Assembly (NCBI GenBank): GCA_964016885.1
Contig: OZ024740.1
Span: 49,662,001 to 49,726,000 of the forward strand
Origin: Eledone cirrhosa
Lineage: Eukaryota
Length of the DNA stretch: 64,000 nt
Direction of reading: 5' to 3'
The stretch's first letter is position 1; the number at the start of each line of letters is the position of its first letter. Both the position numbers and the translations under genes were made by a program. This document shows, in pieces, positions 55,084-64,000 of the stretch. Below the pieces are notes generated by a model. That model saw only the letters and a list, made by a program, of their open reading frames with translations, was not told where the DNA came from and did not search any database.

Positions 55084-55599
55084 GTAAACATGTATGTTTG
55101 TGTGTGTGTTATGTGTATATGTGTGTATGTATATAAGTATGCATATGTATGCGTGTATGTACATATGTATGTATGCCAGAGTTTGTGTATATGTATGTAT
55201 GCAGGTGTATGCATTTGTATGTATTTTTGTATGTATATATGTTTGTTTGCGTGTGTGGAATGTGTGTGTTAGTGTGAGTGAGTGTGTGACTGTGTGTTTG
55301 TGAGTGTGTGTGAGTGTGTGCATGCATACAATGTGGCTGTAGATGCTGAGCTTCACATAATCTGATGAAGTCATGCGGAGACTCCCATATCCTTTACATA
55401 GTAAAACCTGTATCTAGACGGCTGTGATTTCTTTTTAAAACCAAAGAGTACATCAGTTGTCTCTCGATAAAGCCAAATAAGAAACATGCTAAACTGCCAC
55501 CTCAATCATCGAAGACCATAACCGAAATACCAAAATAAGGTCATTGGACAAGAGATAGAAAGGTGGGAAAAGGAGAAAGGTAGTAATTGTAGGAGTAGG

Positions 55600-55915
55600 A
55601 ATGATGATGATCATCTGGCGGCCTCAGCCGAAATCGACTCAACAATTGATCTCCACGTGGGTCTGTCGTTCATTGCCATTGTCAAATCCTGGATTTCAAT
55701 ACCAGAATCTCTGGAGATGACATTGGGATAGGAGAGCTTTCGCCCCATGTTATTAGTGATTGCTTGTGGTTTCCAAAGCACTAATGGGGACACAGCCTCA
55801 TAGGTGGCACGATGGCAGTGGCCAGCAAATCTTACTCTCCTTTTACGTACAGCGACAGATATACGCCACCATATATCTCTTTCAAAGTGGCCACCATATA
55901 TCTCTTTCAAAGTCA
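55600..55915 (-). mobile_element. RTE-like LINE 3' end with (ATC)n tail
   Basis: RKRRVRFAGHCHR..LVLWKP..AMNDRPTWRSIV is a typical RTE C-terminus; stop is followed by an ATC repeat. Confidence 0.8.
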
Positions 55916-56459
55916 GATGACACCAACTTATGTTATGAATGTGTTGAAGCAGGCAAGTGTAGGTGCCATCAAGGCGCTTTTATTGTTTGGATGAACGCGT
56001 CCATGTTCCACTTTCATATAGCAAGATAGATAGATTGAGGGAGAGATACAAGAGAGGGGGAAATATAAACACACACACAAACGTGTGTGTATGTATGTGC
56101 GCGTGTGTGTGGACTCTCTCGTCTTGTTCGATGCATGAGGGCCCAAAACTTTTACTTTCTGTTTACTCTACTTCGTAGTATTTGTGTCTTTTGTGAGACA
56201 CTAAACCTGCTTTGATTTTACAAACCAGATTGCATCATTTACACACAACGTTGAAAAGAATTTGCATTCCTTTAACCTTGCTTTAGATCACAATTATTCG
56301 TGCTTTTCAGCATAGAGTTATGACTCTTTACGTTCTGAGTTCAAATCCCGTCGAGGTTACCTTTGCTTTTCATCCTTACGGGGTCATAAAATAAAGTACC
56401 AGTAATACACTGGGATAATTGCTGGCCTTGAGCCAAAAGTACAACTATTATAGTCCTTG

Positions 56460-57440
56460 AAGGCGTACTCTAGCATCAGAGAAAAGTAAAAAAACAAAAC
56501 AAATAAAACATAGACCATTCGCACCCTGCTTTGTCTCACGAAAAGGATCTGATGAAGCACCATCTGAATTAAAAGAATGTTTTCATGGAAGGATGCTTAT
56601 ATGTTTTCTTGGAGGATTCTACAACACCGAACATCTTATTAGAAATTCCAAGCTTCTTCAGCACTGACCACAAAGCATCACGATTGACGGAGTCAAAAGT
56701 CTTTATTTAGTCAACAAAGGTTATAAATAAATCACTGTGCTTCTCCTGTACCTTCTCTGGAACCGACCGCCAGAGATATATCATGTCTATAGTTCCTCAC
56801 CCGGTCCTGAAGCGACACTGGGTTTCAGGATTAACATGATCTACCAGATGAGTTAATATTCTGTTGAGTGTGTGTGTGACAGCTCACACCTATGCAGGTT
56901 TAGCAAGCCTCCTCCAAGGTATATCTCGTTGGAGGTGTCTTGGGTGATTTAATGATAGGGACTCCAGTCCTATCATCTCATTTCTACAGCTGAGTAAACT
57001 GGAGCAACGTAAAATAAAGTGTCTTGCTCAAGGAAACAACACATCACCCGGTCCGAGAATTGAACTCACAACCTTTCGATTGCAAGCCCAATGCTCTAAC
57101 CACTAAGCATTCACAATTCTGTTGAGTACAACTCCAGCAAGGATCTTACCCTGACACAGGGCAATATAGCAGGGATATATCCCGATGGTTGTCACACAAT
57201 TCATTTTTGACTTTTCGTTTAAATCGATGGGTAATAGATGGATCTTTAAATTCCGAGGAACTTGATTAATTTTCTAAACCAAAACGAACAAATCCCAAAG
57301 CTTATGCACAAATACACCAGTACATTACCTGAATATTTGTACACCTCACCTGGTATAACTTCGTCACCTGATACCATTTGTTTTATAGCTGTTTTAACTC
57401 CGGCATATGTCGTGTCAAAGTCCGATTCAGGGACTTCAGG
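56460..57440 (-). pseudogene. RTE-clade RT fragment interrupted by a SINE
   Basis: Minus-strand motifs QCRFRTG, F.D..KTFDSVNRDALWSVLKKLG and IPGEVYK. Confidence 0.8.
56870..57115 (-). mobile_element. Second tRNA-derived SINE family with 12-bp TSD
   Basis: Minus strand GCTTAGTGGTTAGAGCA (A box) and GAGTTCAATTCTC (B box), (CA) tail; TSD ATTCTGTTGAGT at 56858-56869 and 57116-57127. Confidence 0.85.
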
Positions 57441-57451
57441 CGTTAAAGGAG

Positions 57452-57571
<120 letters not shown>

Positions 57572-57721
57572 GGTTAATCATATTTGTAGAATGATTATGT
57601 AAATATTAGTGACAGAACAACTTACCAAATATTTTTTTCTCAACGTGATTAATGGAGATCTTTGATATAATATTCCAGATTTTAAATCATCAAGGATTGT
57701 ATAGGTTCCAAGAAATAAATT

Positions 57722-58125
57722 AATATAGATTATTATAGTAGAAAAAACAGGCACAGAGTGAGAAGAAATTTGAAAAGAGATTCATTTGACTATATAATCT
57801 AACACGTGTTTCATCACCGGTTATATATACTCCAACAATACCATAAATACTCAAAGCCCATTGATGACTATCTGTTTCACATCCTCCTCCTTCCCTTCTA
57901 CACAGATACACCTAAAAAATGGTTGTTATTTTATTTCATTGTTATTAATCTCTAAAGATTCGCTGAATAATAAACCAATTGCAAGTGAATGAATATAAAA
58001 AAAATACCTATCCAGTTATCGTAGACGATTATAAGCGGGCGATGAAACACGTGTTAGATTATATAATCAAATAAATCTCTCTTCAAATTTGTTCTCACCC
58101 CTTCCCTGGTTTTCCTAAAATAATA

Positions 58126-58132
<7 letters not shown>
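57722..58132. repeat. Diverged fold-back (arms ~57722-57818 / ~58039-58132) with G5>A hammerhead (57946-58061, plus strand)
   Basis: TAATCT-CTAAAGA-TTCGCT...GGCGAT-GAAA-CACGTG-TT-AGATTA; palindromic stem III. Confidence 0.65.
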
Positions 58133-58184
<52 letters not shown>

Positions 58185-58424
58185 ACACCTAATTATGTTT
58201 GGTTGACTGTATATTTGAGCGATTCATACACGCTGTCGAAATACTCGATAAATATCCCGTCGCAACTGACGCGAAGGGCTGCTTTCGGTTATTTGTCGGA
58301 TATTTCTTCATAGAAGCCTTTATTCTTATAGCTTGGTCTAATCGATTTTTTTATATGGTTAATTATGCTAATTGGGAGAGGAAATGGTATATATTTTATC
58401 TGGTGATTCTATAGACATGTTTTA

Positions 58425-58495
<71 letters not shown>

Positions 58496-58515
58496 CATAT
58501 ACATGTTTGTGTATG

Positions 58516-58850
58516 TAGAAAAGGTGAAGTTGGAAATAGCACGGAAATATATATTTAAGGGTCAGTTTTTTTTTTATCCTTTCTTGGATTCGTCAAAGTG
58601 ACATTATTGAAAAATGAGAGGGACAATACTTTACTAAAAAAGTTTTATAATGTATATAAAGTATATAAAGTATTACTGGTATTATTAAAATTCATCTTAT
58701 CAAATGTTGATTATTGAAATAAAAAATTAAAAAGAATTGTCCCTCTCATTTTTCAATAATGTCACTTTGACGAATCAAAGAAAGGATAAAAAAAAGAAAA
58801 ACAGACACTTAACTATATTTTCCGTGCTATTTCCAACTTCACCTTTTCTC
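58516..58850. repeat. Fold-back (arms ~58516-58627 / ~58736-58850) beside (TA)n
   Basis: AGAAAAGGTGAAGTTGGAAATAGCACGGAAA...GAGAGGGACAAT reverse-complements ATTGTCCCTCTC...TTTCCGTGCTATTTCCAACTTCACCTTTTCT. Confidence 0.85.
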
Positions 58851-58947
58851 TATATCCACTATTTTGTATAGAACCTTACTTCCCTTTTCTAATATATATA
58901 TATACGATATATTAACAAATGGAAACTATATTTATAAAACCATATTT

Positions 58948-59010
58948 ATTTCATTATACATATTTCAAGGACACTAAGTTAAATTATGGTGTGCTTTCAT
59001 CAGATAAAAT
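58948..59010 (-). ncRNA. Type I minimal hammerhead ribozyme (7183-like family)
   Basis: ATTTTAT-CTGATGA-AAGCACAC..GTGTCCTT-GAAA-TATGTA-TA-ATGAAAT. Confidence 0.75.
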
Positions 59011-59114
59011 ATAATATAGATCAGTTTTATAAATAATTTGTTGAGTGCTTTATACCAGTTATAAAAATATTTGCTTGTTGTATCCCAACAATTTAAATAG
59101 AACTTCCACATATA

Positions 59115-59151
<37 letters not shown>

Positions 59152-59317
59152 TTGTGTGTGAGTAAGGACGTGTGTCTCTGTTAATGTATGTGTGTGTTTC
59201 CATTGATACACATTTTCTGTATAACAGAAAAGGGAAACCGAGCATATAAGACGAAATATAAAAGTATCAACAACTCCCATCAGTCACCCAGCTCCTGAAC
59301 ATCTCTATATGATTTCT

Positions 59318-59352
<35 letters not shown>

Positions 59353-59581
59353 TTACATATACATAAACTAGACAGAGCCATAGATATATATATGTGTTTT
59401 TCGCAAATAATCACGGTGTGGCTCAATGACGAATTAATTAATTAAATAATCAACAATCAGAGCAATATGTACGAAAGTAAGTCCATAGAATCATTTGATA
59501 AAATGATTCTATGGACTTAATTTCTTATATATATATATAGAGAGAGAGAGATAGATAGATGGATAGATAGAGAGAGAGAGG

Positions 59582-59679
<98 letters not shown>

Positions 59680-60291
59680 ACTTCATAATTTGATTTCCCT
59701 CTTACAGCTCTCTTTTCCTAAAATTAATACCTATAAGTATACCTATAAATTAATTTAATTTCCTGTTATGTATCTAGATTCCTTGTAGTTTAAATAAGAT
59801 TGGTATTTCTCACTACTACCCTTATCCCAAAATTTTACTTTCCTTCATTTTTAACAACACTGTTTGATAACATCTAATTCTTATTTATCACATTCATATG
59901 AATTAATATAACTTTATCCCTATATGTATACCTATCAATTAATTTAATTTCTTGTTATAGATCTAGATTCCTTGTGGTTTAAATAAGATTGGTATTTCTC
60001 ACTAATACCCTTACCTTAAAATTTTATTTTCCTTCGTTTTTAACATTATTCTTTAATAAAATCAAATTTCGTGTACCCTTCACTATCTTCTTGGCTTGAC
60101 CTCTTTTCATCCCCAAAGTATTCTTTTCATTCAAAACATAAGTCTGCACTCCTCTAACCCTAAATTAAATTTCTACTACTGCTATTCTATCAGCTTAACC
60201 TCTAACTACTTTTCTATTGGTCAATTCAAAACCCGTTCCCAAACAGACCTTTTATATTAAATCTTTGTTGGTTTTTTTCAATAAACACATC

Positions 60292-60427
60292 TCATCATTT
60301 CTGAGGACGGCATGTATATGTGAAGGTATGTATATTTCCTCTGATAATTTGTAATATTTTTACATAGATCTATATGATATACATACCAACACACATATAC
60401 ATCCCAGAAACGATCGTAAAATGATGA
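60292..60427 (+). ncRNA. Type I hammerhead ribozyme with ~100-nt stem II
   Basis: TCATCATTT-CTGAGGA-[ATGTATATGTG..GGTATGTATAT...ATATACATACC..CACATATACAT]-GAAA-CGATCG-TA-AAATGATGA; 9-bp stem I, palindromic stem III; ends a C/T-rich element (~59680-60480) with an internal duplication. Confidence 0.85.
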
Positions 60428-60483
60428 ATTTTTTAATATAAGGAACTTGTTCTTTGTTTTTATTTCATTGTTTTTATTATTAT

Positions 60484-60514
<31 letters not shown>

Positions 60515-60541
60515 GTGTGTGCGTGTGTGTGTGTGTATGTG

Positions 60542-60607
<66 letters not shown>

Positions 60608-61224
60608 TATCTCCCGGGCCTAGCAATTAGACAGTTAATTCTATTGGATAATTCTATTGACTGATTTAATTGCTTAAGTTTATTTTAAAAACAACCCGGT
60701 CGAAAGCTTAATTCGATTTGTGCAGTTTTTGCAATTCTTGCATTAATTTGACACATTCTGAAATCATCTGCCAAAAGCTGGGGTTACCTCCCTGCAGGGT
60801 AATACGCGTGGGGTAATCACTACAACACATTACTACTGCTGGGATCCCGCTCGCTGGCTGAGAACAAAATACCTGTTGACGAAGTGGCAGCCTTGTTTGA
60901 TCATTATACCAAAAGCTTAATATGGAAGCAGGCAGTATAATTGATTTAGGTGTCGCAGAAACCTTTCATTGGATTATACCATCAATTCCAGCGGATCTGG
61001 GTAAATTCTTTCGTTTGACCTGTTTAGCTTACTTCGTTTTTTTGGCTTCAGTGGCTGATGGACCATCGTTTTCAGTTTGTTTGGCCTCTTTAAGCTATAT
61101 TTATTTCTCTGGTCTTCTTTCAGTCCATTGAGCGCTTGCCGCATATCTCGAAAATTGCGTTTCGTTTTGTTTTTGATCACTGCCGAAATTCGATCTCGCT
61201 GAAATTATATTTATATATATATAA

Positions 61225-61258
<34 letters not shown>

Positions 61259-61265
<7 letters not shown>

Positions 61266-61746
61266 TAAACGGAATAGAAAATGCTGACAAATTGTTCACA
61301 GTTGAAAAATAGTTTAATTAGGAATAAAAGAGTATTAGTAATAGTATTGGTTAGTATTCAGTTTTGGTTTTAAGTTTTTACCGGTTGCGCATTTCTAAAT
61401 GCTTTTCAAAAATAATTTTGAGATAGAGTGTCCGTGTTGTTTGCTCTGATCTGATTAGTTTTGGGAATTCTACCTGTTTTTATGTTAAAAAAGTGGCTCC
61501 AGCGCTATTGAAATTGGTTTTTTGCGCCAATTCGTGTTGCAAAAATTCTTGTGGTCAAAACAATTTTGATTGGTCGGTAGAGGTCATGTGAATGTAAAAA
61601 ATTGATTTTGCGCCAAGAGTGATTAAAAACTTAAAACCAAAACTGAATACTAACCAATACTATTACTAATACTCTTTTATTCCTAATTAAACTATTTTTC
61701 AACTGTGAACAATTTGTCAGCATTTTCTATTCCGTTTACCAATATA
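61259..61746. repeat. Inverted pLTR at the PLE 5' end (arms ~61259-61380 / 61624-61746)
   Basis: ~122-bp perfect inverted repeat; left arm abuts (TA)n; spacer holds a minus-strand HHR-like motif. Confidence 0.92.
61375..61412 (-). ncRNA. U3-A8 hammerhead-like motif with GCAA in place of GAAA
   Basis: TTT-TTGAAAA-GCATT-TAGA-AATGC-GCAA-CCGG-TA-AAA; same design as 44494-44529. Confidence 0.6.
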
Positions 61747-61755
61747 TAATAACTT

Positions 61756-63120
61756 GTGTGTTACACCTCTATTCTTTTAACTATCATATCCTCACACGAG
61801 ATACAGAAAATGCCAACAAAAACGGATACAACCCTCATCAACACAAATGAAGAGATCCTACAGGAACTCAAGAAAATAAACACCAACCTATCTTTGCTGG
61901 TCGACAAACTTGACTCCACAAATAAGGAAACCGCCACCGGATACAAACCCTCCGAAATCGGCGACAAACTCCAAAACTTTTGCGATACTATCCAAACTAT
62001 GTTCACTACTACCAACCCAGGAAAAACCAACGAAGAACCATGTGAGATTGATTCATACAAAATGAAAATTCGAACAATTCCAAAATGGAACAAATCCCTC
62101 AGAGACAGAAAGTTCTCATTCTGGAAGATGATACAAAATCACAACAAAGCGGAGATATATGAAAAATGGCTTAACTCAACCCCTCTAACTCTCCCCCGTA
62201 AACTACAAATAAAGTCCATTCCAAATGAACCCGAACCTCAAAGACACCTTAGGGAAAGAATGGCATTGGAAAAAATGAAGACAGAAATTGAACTTCTTAA
62301 ACTGAGGGCCCGGACAAATGAGGAAAAAATCAAAACAATCGATGAAGAGATCCTCCTGGAAATCAACAATAAAACTGAAGGCCCCAAGGTAGAGAAGATC
62401 TCCAAATTATGGAAAGGGGACTGCAACAGAGAAGAACTGAAATCCCTTCAACGCTGGGAAAAAAGTGCCGCTTGGTTCCTACACTATGAATCGACTTTTC
62501 AAACGGATTACACCTCCAATAACCCGTTCATAAAAATAGGAAAACCCATAACTGAACCGCACAACAACTTTTCAAACCCCCAAGCCACTAACAAAAGAAG
62601 AAGGAAGCACCACACCGAAGATGAACTTCCCAACCCCGCTACCATAAGAAGGAACAAAAACCCAAGAAATCATCTCCCCCAGAATGACATTTACAACTTA
62701 CCCCCTTCAAGGAGACACCATACCAAATCACTCAACTACTACGCGGATGCCTCATCGTCAAACATAGGGAAAATATACCACCACCATGATAGATGTAACA
62801 ACCTCCCCGCTTCAAGGGGACAGCAAGGTAATTACCATTTTCTCAACTCTCGCTTCCACAATACACAACAAACCCACACCACACGATACAACCAACAACG
62901 TAGGCCACTTATAACACCACAATACAACATGACACATAGAAACACACACCCATACTCGCAGTACAGGAACACCCCATTCAATCTACAACCACCAACCCGA
63001 ACCACATTTTACAACAACAAGGAATATAACAAACACAGGAGACCACTTAACATCAGCAGACAACTCCTCTACCCCAACCATTTTTTAGACACAGCACACA
63101 GATACAGGCAAACAAAATAA
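61756..63120 (+). CDS. PLE ORF1 (first ATG 61810): coiled-coil-like N-terminal half, basic/polar disordered C-terminal half
   Basis: Uninterrupted 454-codon ORF between the inverted pLTR and the RT ORF; heptad-like LRERMALEKMKTEIELLKLRARTNEEKIKTIDEEIL. Confidence 0.85.
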   Translation: MCYTSILLTIISSHEIQKMPTKTDTTLINTNEEILQELKKINTNLSLLVDKLDSTNKETATGYKPSEIGDKLQNFCDTIQTMFTTTNPGKTNEEPCEIDSYKMKIRTIPKWNKSLRDRKFSFWKMIQNHNKAEIYEKWLNSTPLTLPRKLQIKSIPNEPEPQRHLRERMALEKMKTEIELLKLRARTNEEKIKTIDEEILLEINNKTEGPKVEKISKLWKGDCNREELKSLQRWEKSAAWFLHYESTFQTDYTSNNPFIKIGKPITEPHNNFSNPQATNKRRRKHHTEDELPNPATIRRNKNPRNHLPQNDIYNLPPSRRHHTKSLNYYADASSSNIGKIYHHHDRCNNLPASRGQQGNYHFLNSRFHNTQQTHTTRYNQQRRPLITPQYNMTHRNTHPYSQYRNTPFNLQPPTRTTFYNNKEYNKHRRPLNISRQLLYPNHFLDTAHRYRQTK

Positions 63121-64000
63121 CACAAGACAGGGAGGAGAAACCGATAGTAATAAAAATTATCAATCTTACTAGTGCAGAACCAACACCCAACCTTATCAAC
63201 TTACTCTCCAAAGGTCTTAAATTCACACCGACCCCACTACGTCCTAACTACTATGAAATGAAGGAAGACATCACAGACTTCTGTAGAAAGTTACGACTTA
63301 GTGAACAACTATTCGACCAGTACAATGAGGATGAATCATTAGCCAGAAATAGAAGCAATTACACCCCTTCAAAAGGTAGAAATAAAATCCTGGACAAATT
63401 CTGTGAACACATCACAAATTTCCCTTACCAACACTTGCACAGACAAAAACACAAGCCAAACCTCAACAAGAAAGAATGGGAAGAATTAAATAGATTAAAA
63501 ACCGACAGAACCATTACAATTAAAGAGGCTGATAAAGGGAGTACAGTAGTCCTAATGGAGACAGAATTCTATATTAACTTAGCGCTCTCCACTTTGGAAA
63601 ACGAAACATACTACGAAAAGGCTGAACACTACAATCAACAGAAAATTATGAGAAACCTAAAAACTCTAATCAACCAATACAAAGAAGGACTCACTAATAA
63701 GGAATTCAGCTTCATCACAGACTTCACAAGTAAATCCAGCCTTTTCTACGGTATCCCTAAAGTACATAAAAGCGAATTAATAAGTAAGGCATGCAAGGAA
63801 GCCACAGGCATAGTCATCAATGTCCCCTCACCCAATGATCTCAAATTAAGACCTATAATAGCAGGCCCCGCTTGCGAAACCCACCGCCTTAGCAACTTCA
63901 TTGATACCCTTCTCAAGCCCTTTCTCAAACACATCAAAAGCTATATAAGGGACGACCTAGATATGCTCAATCACCTCCCTAATATGCCACTTTCTGAACA
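63051..64000 (+). CDS. Penelope-like (Neptune-type) reverse transcriptase ORF, open to the window end, -1 frame relative to ORF1
   Basis: Manual translation: IINLT..LLSKGLKFTPTP..FCRKLRL..NLNKKE..L..L..IKEADKGSTVVLM..FYGIPKVHK..LRPIIAGPACETHRLSNFIDTLLKPFL..SYIRDD; no stop from 63051 to 64000. Confidence 0.93.

Noticed and set aside
55362-55390. CTGATGA-AGTC/GACT hairpin
   Set aside because: No GAAA after the stem.
58765-58800. TTGACGA-ATC..GGAT-AAAA as a hammerhead in the fold-back arm
   Set aside because: G12 missing and no stem III; too degenerate.
60605-61200. Unique segment between TA tracts with short ORFs on both strands
   Set aside because: No motif, repeat or complete ribozyme recognised.

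Overview
AT-rich, microsatellite-saturated animal DNA with no host gene I can support. The abundant ~190-bp SINE, the (TA)n/(CA)n/(GA)n load and the base composition suggest an octopus or other cephalopod; this is inference. Almost all ORFs in the track are microsatellite artefacts. Real coding material is transposon-derived: a Penelope-like element (PLE) 5' half with a 454-aa ORF1 and an RT ORF in the -1 frame (61.6-64 kb), a PLE 3' half with a GIY-YIG endonuclease (25.3-28.5 kb), a Helitron RepHel remnant, and RTE, R4-like and CR1-like LINE fragments. SINEs, non-autonomous Helitrons and MITEs are also present. The dominant hidden structure is a set of fold-back (palindromic) inserts in (TA)n tracts, most carrying hammerhead ribozyme (HHR) motifs near their outer ends, from at least 8 sequence families. 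Highlights: (1) two sequence-dissimilar elements (7960-8063/8533-8635 and 28601-28708) share a six-helix, pseudoknotted, non-circularly permuted hammerhead fold with compensatory changes; (2) two HHR families carry the U3-A8 core covariant; (3) a UUUUUUA slippery site links PLE ORF1 to the ATG-less RT frame; (4) that PLE's 5' end coincides with a predicted HHR cleavage site. All RNA structures were paired by eye and are untested.
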